A DNA stretch of 64,000 nucleotides from a virus: positions 32,001-96,000 of IMG/VR virus record IMGVR_UViG_3300045988_162176. One strand, given 5' to 3'. The notes under the pieces were generated by a model. The model worked only from the letters and a program-made list of their open reading frames with translations, did not search any database and was not told the origin of the DNA. Made by a program: the position numbers and the translations under genes. Positions 10,721 through 19,953 of the stretch are shown here, in pieces. Positions within the stretch are counted from its first letter, which is position 1. Every line of letters begins with the position of its first letter.

Positions 10721-10749
10721 ATAATACAACAAAAAGTCTTATTTGTCAA
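10721..10749 (-). promoter_or_regulatory. sigma-70-type promoter embedded in a terminator hairpin
   Basis: TTGACA-17-TATTAT; the -35 box lies in the 3' arm of hairpin 10734-10775. Confidence 0.6.
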
Positions 10750-10775
10750 GGGTTTAATCAAGACAAATAAGACTT
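10730..10775 (-). terminator. intrinsic terminator
   Basis: 14-bp hairpin AAGTCTTATTTGTC/GACAAATAAGACTT followed by TTTTT on the minus strand. Confidence 0.6.
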
Positions 10776-10788
10776 TTATGATATATTT

Positions 10789-11055
10789 TTACTTATTCTT
10801 ATAGAGAAGAGCACGACGAGGGTAAAGATTGGGAGTTTTCATAATTGAAAGATTCTTAATAGCGAAAGCGTAGAATTTGTTAAACTCTTCAAGAGAAGAC
10901 CAACAAAGAATATTCTCATCATTTTTTTGACCAAAGTAATAATACTTATCAGTTGCATTCCAACAGAGATAAGCGCCTGTATCCCGACAGAGACAAGGAC
11001 CTTTTGTATCACTATAAATAGTGTAGACAATTTTCTCCTGTGTGGCATTTGTCAT
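10789..11055 (-). CDS. hypothetical small protein
   Basis: 88-aa ORF followed by terminator 10730-10775. Confidence 0.7.
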   Translation of the reverse strand: MTNATQEKIVYTIYSDTKGPCLCRDTGAYLCWNATDKYYYFGQKNDENILCWSSLEEFNKFYAFAIKNLSIMKTPNLYPRRALLYKNK

Positions 11056-11070
11056 GATAAAATTCTCCTT

Positions 11071-11334
11071 TCAATTTAATCTTGTCCAAAAAACAAAATT
11101 TATATCAATCTCACGAGGAGAAATATCCCAAGGATACTTGTTAGGATAGGACTTAAAATTACTTAAAGTTATCAAATATTCATCTGCGTAACAATCAAAT
11201 TTTTTGCCTTGGAATATTGCTGAATAAACTTCGTAGTTTCCACCAAAAATTTCATCCGTAAATCGAATATCTTCAAGTATAAGAACTTCTTCTCCGATAC
11301 GGGGCTATCTATCTTCAAAACTATACCATTCCAT
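11071..11334 (-). CDS. DUF551-like small protein, TAG-recoded
   Basis: MEWYSFEDR*PRIGEEVLIL...FWTRLN; the TAG aligns with Q/R/K of paralogs (EKRQPRIGE in 12167..12406). Confidence 0.6.
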
Positions 11335-11351
11335 TTTTGTTAATTCCTTTT

Positions 11352-11591
11352 TCAATTCAATCTTGTCCAGCGCAAACAGGAAGATAAAAAATAATGATAT
11401 TGGCTCGAATAATCTTTTTGGATGTATTTTTTAAAATTGTCTAACTTAACATCAAACATTTCTTCGCTATCTACTCTTTTTCTTCCTAAATAAGTAGCGA
11501 TAAATATTTTAGTGTCATTAAAAAATATTTTCGCTACGAGAATTTCTTCCCCAATATGAGGTCTTTTCTTTTCAAATTCAAACCACTCCAT
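11352..11591 (-). CDS. DUF551-like small protein (tandem paralog)
   Basis: 79 aa; MEWFEFEKKRPHIGEEILV...RWTRLN. Confidence 0.7.
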   Translation of the reverse strand: MEWFEFEKKRPHIGEEILVAKIFFNDTKIFIATYLGRKRVDSEEMFDVKLDNFKKYIQKDYSSQYHYFLSSCLRWTRLN

Positions 11592-11594
11592 AGG

Positions 11595-11870
11595 TTATTC
11601 CAATCTTGCCCAACGGAATCTTTTTGGTTCAAATGGAAAAGATGCATGTTCACTTTGTTTGCAAAAGAAATTACCAGAAATTAAAACAAGGTCAGAAAAT
11701 TCAAGTTTTTTGTGATAATAATCATAACGATGCTGTCCAGTAACAGTGCTAAATTTTTCGTAAACACATTTATAAATAACACTTCGTTTTGAACTGTTAG
11801 GAGTTGACCAACAAAGAAGAATAGTTTCTCCCACAAAAGGTTTTTTCTTTTCAAAATCAAACCATTCCAT
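11595..11870 (-). CDS. DUF551-like small protein (tandem paralog)
   Basis: 91 aa; MEWFDFEKKKPFVGETILL...RWARLE. Confidence 0.7.
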   Translation of the reverse strand: MEWFDFEKKKPFVGETILLCWSTPNSSKRSVIYKCVYEKFSTVTGQHRYDYYHKKLEFSDLVLISGNFFCKQSEHASFPFEPKRFRWARLE

Positions 11871-11873
11871 AAC

Positions 11874-12155
11874 TTAATCCAATCTTGTCCAATGAACGAA
11901 TTTTGAATAAAACTGTCTCTTTTCTAAATGGTCATGAAGTTTTTCTCCATCAATTATTTTTAGATTTACAACATATACCATACTCATATCAATTCCAGCA
12001 TAAACACTTTTTTCGATATTTTTATAATTACACTCGTAAATAGTATAATGTTTAGTGGGAATACGCCCGATGATATCGTTAGTACACCATTCATAAATGA
12101 TTAAAATTCGCTCCCCGTTTTTAGGGCGGTGTTCAAAAAAATTTTTCCAATTCAT
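11874..12155 (-). CDS. DUF551-like small protein (tandem paralog)
   Basis: Start moved to MNWKNFFEHRPKNGERILI by paralog alignment; ends HWTRLD. Confidence 0.65.
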   Translation of the reverse strand: MNWKNFFEHRPKNGERILIIYEWCTNDIIGRIPTKHYTIYECNYKNIEKSVYAGIDMSMVYVVNLKIIDGEKLHDHLEKRQFYSKFVHWTRLD

Positions 12156-12166
12156 AATGAGCCCTC

Positions 12167-12406
12167 TTAATCCAATCTTCCCCAATGTAAATTTTCAGAT
12201 GCAAAAAAATGAAATTGACTTATATAATTTTTTGGAAAATATTTCTCAAAATTATCCAATTCAACGTCGCAACTTCCATTATTACATATATTTATTCTCC
12301 CTAAATAAGTAGCAATAAAAATATTGGTTCCTTTCCACATATCTTTAGCTACAAAAATTTTTTCTCCAATACGAGGTTGTCTCTTTTCAAATTCAAGCCA
12401 TTTCAT
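12167..12406 (-). CDS. DUF551-like small protein (tandem paralog)
   Basis: 79 aa; MKWLEFEKRQPRIGEKIFV...HWGRLD. Confidence 0.7.
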   Translation of the reverse strand: MKWLEFEKRQPRIGEKIFVAKDMWKGTNIFIATYLGRINICNNGSCDVELDNFEKYFPKNYISQFHFFASENLHWGRLD

Positions 12407-12409
12407 AAT

Positions 12410-12649
12410 TCAATATAATCTCGCCCAATGAAGACTGACAGACATAAATCTATTATGTTGATTTAAATAACTTTTATTATTATATCTTTTAAAATTATTT
12501 AATCTAATAACAGATACGCCAAAAATATCTATATGCTCTCTTCCTAAATAAGTGCAATAAAAAATATTATTACCATTAGAAAGTTGTTGAATTACAAGAA
12601 TCCTTTCTCCGATAATAGGTCTTTTCTTTTCAAATTCAAACCAATTCAT
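12410..12649 (-). CDS. DUF551-like small protein (tandem paralog)
   Basis: 79 aa; MNWFEFEKKRPIIGERILV...HWARLY. Confidence 0.7.
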   Translation of the reverse strand: MNWFEFEKKRPIIGERILVIQQLSNGNNIFYCTYLGREHIDIFGVSVIRLNNFKRYNNKSYLNQHNRFMSVSLHWARLY

Positions 12650-12652
12650 AAC

Positions 12653-12910
12653 TTAGTTTAACCTCGCCCAATGTAACCCTCTTGCACCAATATATTGAGT
12701 TTTTTCAAAATTATTACACTTTTCTCCAGTAATGTGTTTTAAATTTATAAAGTTGACAGTATACTTCTTGATGTTTTTGAAATTACATTCATAAATAGTA
12801 TAACATGCTTTAGTAGAATGTAATTCAAAATTATATTCACCCCATTCGTGAATGATTAAAATTCGTTCTCCAACTTTAGGGAGGTATTCAAAAAAACTAT
12901 ACCATTCCAT
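12653..12910 (-). CDS. DUF551-like small protein (tandem paralog)
   Basis: 85 aa; MEWYSFFEYLPKVGERILI...HWARLN. Confidence 0.7.
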   Translation of the reverse strand: MEWYSFFEYLPKVGERILIIHEWGEYNFELHSTKACYTIYECNFKNIKKYTVNFINLKHITGEKCNNFEKTQYIGARGLHWARLN

Positions 12911-12915
12911 AACTT

Positions 12916-13197
12916 TTAAATCATTCTTGCCCAGTGTAAATCTCCTGCGTCAAAATACTGGCTTTGAAAAAAATTAACAAATTTTTTCCCAGCAATTTGT
13001 TTTAAATTTGTAAGATTAACAACTGTTCTTTTAGCACTCCCATAAATATTTCTTTTAACGCTTTTGAAATTACACTCATAAATAGCCCAGCATCTTTTCG
13101 ATTGATTCAACTTAAAATCATAATCTACCCATTCACGAATGACTAAAATTCGTTCTTCAATTTTAGGTTGTTTAACACTAAAATTAAATCATTCCAT
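12916..13197 (-). pseudogene. DUF551-like paralog with in-frame TGA at the conserved Trp3 codon
   Basis: ATG GAA TGA TTT... (ME*FNFSVKQPKIEERILVIREW...) in frame with ORF 12916..13110; paralogs have ATG GAA TGG. Confidence 0.5.
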
Positions 13198-13199
13198 GG

Positions 13200-13850
13200 T
13201 TAAAATTCAGGACAACGCCCAGCGTCTACTGTCCAACGGAATTCATCTTTTGTTAACTGCCAATAAAACTCTCCTCTCATACTAACAAAAATATACTTCC
13301 CGTTTGTAGAATCATAACAATATTTAGCAGGGAAAGTGTTATAAGGAGAACAATTGGAAGTAGAGGGACGTTCCTTAACACAAAGAGTAATAGGAAGTCC
13401 AACAGGAGGAATCTTTTCATTAATGCTCCACCACTTAAGGTCTGCAATGTTAATGAAATTTTTAGTAATGAGGGGATAAATCTTTTCTTCTTTGGTCGAT
13501 TTACGAACAGCAACCTTATGAGACTTCTTCTCTTCTTTGGTAGATTCCTCTTTATAGTCGATAACAGTAGCAGAGTCATTTTCAACACGCTCGAAAAAAT
13601 CTGCTGGAATAATAGCTCCATTAAAAGCTGGGCCTTTAATTACATAACATTCTTTGTATTGACCCATGGAATTATTGTAAACAGGACCTTCAATTGTATG
13701 AAAACATCCCCAAAGAAAATTTTTGGAAGTTTCATCTACAGGGATACCATAAAGTGATGTTGCAGAGTCTCCATTCTTATCTTTATACTTCTGGACAGCC
13801 CAAGGAAAATATTTTTCAATATAAAGAGAATTGGAAAGAATACCAATCAT
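13200..13850 (-). CDS. hypothetical protein with a C-terminal DUF551-like module
   Basis: 216 aa; C-terminus WWSINEKIPPVGLPITL...FRWTV resembles the tandem family. Confidence 0.7.
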   Translation of the reverse strand: MIGILSNSLYIEKYFPWAVQKYKDKNGDSATSLYGIPVDETSKNFLWGCFHTIEGPVYNNSMGQYKECYVIKGPAFNGAIIPADFFERVENDSATVIDYKEESTKEEKKSHKVAVRKSTKEEKIYPLITKNFINIADLKWWSINEKIPPVGLPITLCVKERPSTSNCSPYNTFPAKYCYDSTNGKYIFVSMRGEFYWQLTKDEFRWTVDAGRCPEF

Positions 13851-13884
13851 AATTTACTTCCTTTCATTTTTATCAAAGTTACTG

Positions 13885-14079
13885 TTAATCCTCTCTTGAA
13901 AGAGTTTTATCTTCATCTGCAAGAATGAGTGGCTTTGTATCACGCATACGGGTTCTCTTCACAGTGTATGTCTTATGGCAGTAAAAACAAGGAACTTTAT
14001 AATTCCCATTCCAACCTACCATATTAGCTCTTCCGCAATAAGGGCAATCAATAATGCCCAGTACAGGCTTATTAGCCAT
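13885..14079 (-). CDS. zinc-ribbon small protein
   Basis: 64 aa; CPYCG...CFYCH. Confidence 0.65.
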   Translation of the reverse strand: MANKPVLGIIDCPYCGRANMVGWNGNYKVPCFYCHKTYTVKRTRMRDTKPLILADEDKTLSRED

Positions 14080-14103
14080 TAGATTTCCTCCTTTATAACT
14101 TCT

Positions 14104-14322
14104 TTATCGGGCGGCATCTTCAATTCTAACGATAAAGGTCTTAGATATAAAAGGCGAATCTTTATCATAAAATTTAACAACAAGACCAGTATCATTTTCA
14201 GGTTCGTAATGAAAATCAACATAGTCTCCACCAAGAACTGCATTATCTCCGAAGAGAGCTTTGACAATATCTTTTCTCAAATCTTCCTGAGTGTATGCGA
14301 CAAGATTTTCAATTCGTTTCAT
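14104..14322 (-). CDS. hypothetical small protein (paralog of 14342..14566)
   Basis: Start set to MKRIENLVAYTQEDLRKDI by alignment with MKKVDKVLWYHQEDLRKDI. Confidence 0.65.
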   Translation of the reverse strand: MKRIENLVAYTQEDLRKDIVKALFGDNAVLGGDYVDFHYEPENDTGLVVKFYDKDSPFISKTFIVRIEDAAR

Positions 14323-14341
14323 AAAATAACAGCTCCTTTTT

Positions 14342-14566
14342 TTAGAACGCTTCCTCAACTTCATCAATCATAATACGAAAAGTCTTAGTAAGATTAGGCT
14401 GGTCTTTATCTTGCACCTTAACAAAAAGTCCAGCGCGATTATCATCATCATAATGGAAATCGATATAATCCTCGTGGAGAATGGCATATTCACCAAAGAG
14501 AGCCTTAATGATATCTTTTCTCAAATCTTCCTGATGATACCACAGAACTTTATCAACCTTTTTCAT
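14342..14566 (-). CDS. hypothetical small protein
   Basis: 74 aa; immediately downstream of promoter 14599-14627 and RBS AAAGGAG. Confidence 0.75.
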   Translation of the reverse strand: MKKVDKVLWYHQEDLRKDIIKALFGEYAILHEDYIDFHYDDDNRAGLFVKVQDKDQPNLTKTFRIMIDEVEEAF

Positions 14567-14598
14567 AAAATAACAGCTCCTTTCTTTACTGTAACTAT

Positions 14599-14627
14599 AT
14601 TATAGCAAGTAAGAAAGAAGCTGTCAA
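14599..14627 (-). promoter_or_regulatory. sigma-70-type promoter
   Basis: AATTTAATAAACAC TTGACA-17-TATAAT. Confidence 0.7.
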
Positions 14628-14641
14628 GTGTTTATTAAATT

Positions 14642-15466
14642 TTAATCAAAAATATCAATGTCACTACGAGGACAATAGGAACGAGATTCTTCAAGTGTTT
14701 TCTTAGCTCGATTGTTAGCAGCATTAATTTTTTCAACAATCAAGCCACAATTTTCAAGCTTGTTGATAATTTCCATCTGTTCCTTAATAGTACGTCTTGC
14801 AATAAGGACATCTTGAAGCTTTTTAAAGATAAGATAGCCATTACAAGCGTCAAGGTGAGAGAACTCGATGTAATGAAGAATATCAACCACCTGAGCATTA
14901 TAATCACCCAGTTGAGTTGCTAAATCTTCATTAGAAGGAAGAGAATTAATAGCAGAAGTGATATTTTCAAAAATCTTTGACATAGCTTCCAAAGGAGGAA
15001 GAATCTTATTTCTGGAATATTCACTTGCTTGATATCTCTTGTTTGAATCTTTGACAGGAAGTTCATCACCATCAATCATTGCTTTTGCGCAATTGGAATG
15101 AGAAACAACGGGCAAAACCGAATCTTTAAATTTCATTTCGATAGGATTCCCATTTGTGACAGGTGCTTCACCTAAGCTTTCTTGCAAGTTAAGAACCGCT
15201 TTAGAAACACTTGAGAGAATTAATCCTTTATTTGCCACATTAGAGACAAGTTTATCATATACCAGATTGCCAGTTTCGGCGTGATAAATGGAAAATACGC
15301 GATTTGACAAAAACTTGTCAACAAGAGAATGATTGAGAACAATGTTTGCAGCTTTGTCAACATCCTTAAACAAATGTTTCTTGTCAGGATTTGAAATATA
15401 GCTGTACTGATTACCAACAAACTGAACATAAGAGTTAGTTGTAGTTTCTTTCAGATAAAAGCTCAT
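14642..15466 (-). CDS. hypothetical protein
   Basis: ORF trimmed to MSFYLKE (RBS GAAAGGAGAT) downstream of a TTGAAA-17-TATAAT promoter. Confidence 0.7.
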   Translation of the reverse strand: MSFYLKETTTNSYVQFVGNQYSYISNPDKKHLFKDVDKAANIVLNHSLVDKFLSNRVFSIYHAETGNLVYDKLVSNVANKGLILSSVSKAVLNLQESLGEAPVTNGNPIEMKFKDSVLPVVSHSNCAKAMIDGDELPVKDSNKRYQASEYSRNKILPPLEAMSKIFENITSAINSLPSNEDLATQLGDYNAQVVDILHYIEFSHLDACNGYLIFKKLQDVLIARRTIKEQMEIINKLENCGLIVEKINAANNRAKKTLEESRSYCPRSDIDIFD

Positions 15467-15536
15467 ATCAGCTTTATCTCCTTTCAATCTTGATATGGTA
15501 ATTATATCAAAATAAAAGGATTATTTCAAGGGTTTA

Positions 15537-15914
15537 TTAACAAATTTTTTCGGGATTAATAATAGAATAATTAATTCCAACCACAAGAAATTCATCACGA
15601 TGAGATAAGTAAAACAAATGAATTACTCTTTCTCCGAGATAAATTTCTTCGTCTGCATCAAGTAACATATATCTCTCATGTTCAGGGCTAATTTCATAAA
15701 TATCTGTTCTAATTTCTGTAATGGTTTTAAGTTCATTTTCAGACAACGGATTATCCCCTTTATTATCCATAACAGAAATTTCATTTAAAGGAACAAAGTT
15801 TCCAAGCAAAGGAGAATTATTAGAAGTTAAACAAATACCAATTTTAGTGTCGTTATGCCAAACAGTACTTGTCCCTCTAAGACCAATAGGCATAGAAAAA
15901 ATATTATTAGTCAT
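15537..15914 (-). CDS. hypothetical protein
   Basis: 125-aa ORF. Confidence 0.7.
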   Translation of the reverse strand: MTNNIFSMPIGLRGTSTVWHNDTKIGICLTSNNSPLLGNFVPLNEISVMDNKGDNPLSENELKTITEIRTDIYEISPEHERYMLLDADEEIYLGERVIHLFYLSHRDEFLVVGINYSIINPEKIC

Positions 15915-16176
15915 CTAAAATTTTCCTTCCGCAATAAGGACAAAAATTCATATCTAAATGTAATTGTTCTCCACATTCAGAACAAACTTCAAAGATTCGA
16001 GCAATATTATAGCGTCCATCTTTTTGATATGTAGTTACAAGTTTCTTCCTGCATGTTACTTTACTACCTACTCCAAAGCCAAGTGTATTCAATTGGTCTT
16101 CTACAAGGTCTCTTTCCCACGCAACTTGTTCGTAGACACCATAAGAAACGGTATCAGGATGTTCTTTATTATTCAT
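15907..16176 (-). CDS. hypothetical protein with a C-terminal zinc ribbon
   Basis: Start at MNNKEHPD (RBS GGAGGA); CSECG...CPYCG. Confidence 0.65.
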   Translation of the reverse strand: MNNKEHPDTVSYGVYEQVAWERDLVEDQLNTLGFGVGSKVTCRKKLVTTYQKDGRYNIARIFEVCSECGEQLHLDMNFCPYCGRKILDD

Positions 16177-16213
16177 TAATATAAATCCTCCGAGTAAAGT
16201 TCTGTTTTTTATG

Positions 16214-16447
16214 TTAATTACAACCATTTTTCATAAAAGCTCCACAAACAGGACAATAAGAACTGGCAATAACATGAATTCCAACGTCGTTAATAGTGGT
16301 TCGGATGATACCTCTTTTTTTACAATGAGAACACGTTGCTATAGCAAGAGTCTTATAAAAAGGCTTAACATCATAATAAAAATCTATATCAGTCCAATTT
16401 GCTTCGGGGGAAGAAACAACTTTAGATTTAATATATTTGGTTTTCAT
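16214..16447 (-). CDS. zinc-ribbon small protein (paralog of 16791..17003)
   Basis: MKTKYIKSKVV...CSHC...CPVCGAFMKNG; RBS GAGGTGA. Confidence 0.65.
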   Translation of the reverse strand: MKTKYIKSKVVSSPEANWTDIDFYYDVKPFYKTLAIATCSHCKKRGIIRTTINDVGIHVIASSYCPVCGAFMKNGCN

Positions 16448-16477
16448 ATTACTTTTCACCTCATCATTTGTTAGTCA

Positions 16478-16789
16478 TTAATACAAATCCTCCGAGTAAA
16501 GTTCTGTTTCTTTACGCTGTTCTTTAAAGTAAATAAGAGAAGCAGGAAGAGAATCTTTTACAAGCTCAAAAGCCTTTTCTCTGGTATAAAAGTTTCCAGC
16601 TTCGTCAATAAAACCTTCTTCTTTGTCCCAATCAAAAGGTTTGTAATTTCCTGTTAACATATTGCTAATACGTGCAAAATTTCTATAACCATCACCATGA
16701 CGAGGACAGGGAAGAATAATATCCTTTTTAATATCATCAGGGATAAATCTAGGAGTAAATTTAATAGCAGCACAAATAATTTTTGACAT
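16478..16789 (-). CDS. hypothetical protein
   Basis: 103-aa ORF. Confidence 0.7.
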   Translation of the reverse strand: MSKIICAAIKFTPRFIPDDIKKDIILPCPRHGDGYRNFARISNMLTGNYKPFDWDKEEGFIDEAGNFYTREKAFELVKDSLPASLIYFKEQRKETELYSEDLY

Positions 16790-16790
16790 A

Positions 16791-17003
16791 TTATACCTTA
16801 ATTAAGCCGTTTTTCATAAAAGCACCACAAGCGGGACAATAAGGACTACTGATTGCGTAGTCACCTTCCTTAGTAACTTTGGTTCTAATTTTTCCTCTAC
16901 GGTTACAATGAGAACAAGTTGCAACTTCTGTGTTATAATTAATGTCATACCAGTAATTTTCTTCTGGTAAGACAACTTTAGATTTAATATGTTTAATTTT
17001 CAT
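16791..17003 (-). CDS. zinc-ribbon small protein
   Basis: MKIKHIKSKVV...CSHC...CPACGAFMKNG; RBS GGAGGG. Confidence 0.65.
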   Translation of the reverse strand: MKIKHIKSKVVLPEENYWYDINYNTEVATCSHCNRRGKIRTKVTKEGDYAISSPYCPACGAFMKNGLIKV

Positions 17004-17004
17004 A

Positions 17005-17319
17005 TTAACCCTCCATTTCTTCAACAGGAAAAATTTGATTCTTCATGCCATTATCTTTAGGGATGGCGATGAATTTACCATAACTATCGGGATTGTAGAT
17101 ATTCCTATCTCCGTACCAGCAACCCATAAAAACGCCAAAGGCTTTCTGATACCTATTATAAAACACCCTTCCCATATAGGAATGATTCTTACCCTTAATT
17201 TCATATAAATTGCCAGTAATAATATTGTTACCATTGACATCAAGAAGAGAGGTTACGACGTTGCAATTTTCTCTCTTGTCGCGGGTAGGTTCTCTGCGTC
17301 CCTTTTTAATACGTTCCAT
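17005..17319 (-). CDS. hypothetical protein
   Basis: Start at MERIKKG (RBS GGAAGGAG). Confidence 0.65.
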   Translation of the reverse strand: MERIKKGRREPTRDKRENCNVVTSLLDVNGNNIITGNLYEIKGKNHSYMGRVFYNRYQKAFGVFMGCWYGDRNIYNPDSYGKFIAIPKDNGMKNQIFPVEEMEG

Positions 17320-17717
17320 TAATAACGCTCCTTCCATTCATAAGTATATATAAATTTAGAAATAAGTTCTTTATGCCCTTTGTAATTAATGAATCTTTTT
17401 TCTCCGATGCCGATAAAAACAGATTTAATTTTACCGACTTTCTTTACTTGGACAGGCTTTTTAATCCAACATTCACCAGTAATAATTGCATCAATTACAT
17501 GGGTTTTACATGAATAACCTTTTAACTTTTGGTTAACAGGAGTATATACATAATATTCTGTACCAATGTCCTGCAAAGCTGAAAGGCAACCTTTAATAGT
17601 AGGAGAAAAACAAACTCTTGGAATAGAAACATCCTCATTAAAGGCTACAGCAGTTTCTGGAATTTTGGGAGTTAGAATTGTAAGATTAGGGTCACGAGAG
17701 AGATGATATAACATCAA
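17319..17717 (-). CDS. hypothetical protein
   Basis: 132-aa ORF. Confidence 0.7.
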
Positions 17718-17983
17718 ACTCTCCTTTCAGCATCAGGTTGAGTATATACACGACGATACATTTGTTCATAAACTCCCTCAGTAAGAATGAGAGGGGAGCT
17801 AAATACACGAGTAGAATGAGAAACGGTACGTACAAAGGTCTTTATATAAATTTCCTTATCAGGCGTAACTTCGAGAACAGAACCATCAGCAAAATTGTTA
17901 CCCTGATACCAACAATCTTTATACCAAATCTCTTCCAGAACTTCCTCAAAAGTTAAATTATAAGTGTACTTTTTCTTTTCCAT
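17714..17983 (-). CDS. hypothetical protein
   Basis: Start at MEKKKY (RBS AAGGAG) downstream of promoter 18014-18042. Confidence 0.7.
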
Positions 17984-18013
17984 AAAAAACAACTCCTTAT
18001 TCTTGATATTTAA

Positions 18014-18042
18014 ATAATACCAAAAGAATAAGGAGTTGTCAA
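18014..18042 (-). promoter_or_regulatory. sigma-70-type promoter
   Basis: TTGACA-17-TATTAT. Confidence 0.65.
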
Positions 18043-18046
18043 GTAT

Positions 18047-18736
18047 TTAATCTTTTTTCTTGCCAAGAATTGCAAGCAAACGAATAAAGATATTAATAAT
18101 ATCAAGATAAAGGTCTGTTGCACAACTAATGGCATTATAAGGTGTAGCAGCATAGTTCTGAGAACAGTACCAATCATAGCCAATATAAAGAGAAAATAGT
18201 GCTACAACTGCATAATCAATTACATGACCTTCGTATCCGAGAAAGAATACTAAAACTCCCTCAATAAAAATAATACTAATTAAAGATACAAGAAGGATAT
18301 GTCCAAGAGAACAAAAATACTCTGGAAATACTGTGCTAACAATAATCATAATTACCACAATAATAGCAGTAAGAAGACATACATAACTAATACTCAACAC
18401 TGTATACTGACTTACATAAACGCTTAGAAGTGCTCCAATGGGCAAGCAAATAAGATTAAACCCAAGAAAAGCAACTATAGCGTTTTCTGTGCCACTAATA
18501 ATAATAGCCCCAAGAAAAGCCAGAGCAAAATATCCCAAAATAAAGAGAAGAGGATGAGACGATACAAAGCTAAAGACCTGTGTTTCAAGGAACATACAGA
18601 TGAAAAAATTACAAATCAATCCCCAAAGAATAGTACATCCCATGAGAGCATTAAATCCTGCATCACTCATTTGCATATCTTCTGGCATACAGTCAAAAGC
18701 AATTCTATCTTCTTTTAAATTAAAGCCGTTATTCAT
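18047..18736 (-). CDS. Bax inhibitor-1/YccA-like multi-pass membrane protein
   Basis: 229 aa, about 7 hydrophobic segments; C-terminal ...DLYLDIINIFIRLLAILG typical of the BI-1/YccA family. Confidence 0.65.
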   Translation of the reverse strand: MNNGFNLKEDRIAFDCMPEDMQMSDAGFNALMGCTILWGLICNFFICMFLETQVFSFVSSHPLLFILGYFALAFLGAIIISGTENAIVAFLGFNLICLPIGALLSVYVSQYTVLSISYVCLLTAIIVVIMIIVSTVFPEYFCSLGHILLVSLISIIFIEGVLVFFLGYEGHVIDYAVVALFSLYIGYDWYCSQNYAATPYNAISCATDLYLDIINIFIRLLAILGKKKD

Positions 18737-19034
18737 TCTTAGTTTCCTTTTCTTTTTCTAGTTTCTTCTTCCACATTTTCAAGTAATCATCAAGGTCAAG
18801 AAAAGAAATATTATTAGTTAACCCCTCTTTAATTTTATCCATCATCATTTTTGCCAACCAATACTCATCTTCTGTAAAAACACCCAAGTTACAAGAAGAT
18901 TTATCATTAAGCTCAATAGTAAGAGAATAAACAAGGGGAGAAGTTTCCCAGCCAAAATCTCCACAGACAATAATGTGAATAGCTTTCCAGCCCATATCCA
19001 AATTGATAATTTGATTATCATAGCAAATAATCAT
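18729..19034 (-). CDS. hypothetical protein
   Basis: 101-aa ORF. Confidence 0.7.
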   Translation of the reverse strand: MIICYDNQIINLDMGWKAIHIIVCGDFGWETSPLVYSLTIELNDKSSCNLGVFTEDEYWLAKMMMDKIKEGLTNNISFLDLDDYLKMWKKKLEKEKETKNE

Positions 19035-19256
19035 TTAGATTACCTCCTCAAGTTTGTTTTCGGAGATATCTACAATAGAAGAATTCTTTGTAATAGCAAC
19101 ACGAATTTTAGAGAAAGCCTTTTTTGCAAGGTCTTCATTTTCATACTTTAAAAGGTAGTTTCTATTTGCTAAACCAATCGTAATATTATTTTTATTAATT
19201 CTTATAAATTCAATTTTATCAAGATTAAATAAAGTATTATTACTAACAATAAACAT
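19035..19256 (-). CDS. hypothetical small protein
   Basis: Start at MFIVSNN (RBS AAGGAGAA). Confidence 0.6.
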   Translation of the reverse strand: MFIVSNNTLFNLDKIEFIRINKNNITIGLANRNYLLKYENEDLAKKAFSKIRVAITKNSSIVDISENKLEEVI

Positions 19257-19304
19257 TTTAAATATTCTCCTTAGCATTTTAATCAAATAAAAGATTTCTT
19301 TTAT

Positions 19305-19952
19305 TTAAAAATCTACCATGGGAGGGTCATTGTCATATTCTGTTTTCATCTTTATAAGGGCAGCAATATCTTTTCCTTTTATATTATTATGATGCCAATG
19401 TAATTCTTTATCAAGATTTTCTTTAACTTTTGTAGAAGTCTCTGCTGCTTTCTTCATTTCTTCTTCGGACTGTTTTTTAAGAATTTCAATATCTTCCTGA
19501 GCACTTTCAAGAATAAGTTTGAGATTTTTTACCTCTCTTTCATTCGCTTCTCTGGTTTCTTTAGACTTGAGATATTTATGTCTCCATAAAGAATATTTTA
19601 GATTGCCAATAAAACCAAAATCTACATAAACATCTTTAATACAATAACTATGATTCCAATAATTTGAGGTAATAATAATATCTCCAAACTTCGGTCTGGT
19701 TGTATCAATGCGACAAGATGGGAGGCAACCTAAACTCCATTTTTTAGTATTCAAGCAATAAATATCATACCATTTATCGAAACCCATCTTGACACATTCT
19801 TCACGTTTGCGCTTTTCGTTAATGTCATCTAAATCAGCATCAAAGATTCCTTTGAAAACAAGCGGACCAATTAAAAGCCCAAAAAGAAGCCATACAAGAA
19901 CTCCACCTAAAAAGACAAGAAATAAAATCATAGCAATTTTTAATAGTATCAT
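19305..19952 (-). CDS. membrane-anchored coiled-coil protein (paralog of 19954..20496)
   Basis: 215 aa; N-terminal TM helix; shared FGFIGN.KY and coiled-coil C-terminus. Confidence 0.7.
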   Translation of the reverse strand: MILLKIAMILFLVFLGGVLVWLLFGLLIGPLVFKGIFDADLDDINEKRKREECVKMGFDKWYDIYCLNTKKWSLGCLPSCRIDTTRPKFGDIIITSNYWNHSYCIKDVYVDFGFIGNLKYSLWRHKYLKSKETREANEREVKNLKLILESAQEDIEILKKQSEEEMKKAAETSTKVKENLDKELHWHHNNIKGKDIAALIKMKTEYDNDPPMVDF

Positions 19953-19953
19953 A

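Noticed and set aside
11071-13197. UGA reassigned to Trp in addition to UAG reassignment
   Set aside because: There is only one in-frame TGA (13189-13191). TGA terminates several well-supported genes (for example the stops at 213, 3495, 9014 and 20861), and no UCA-anticodon tRNA was seen. A pseudogene is more likely.
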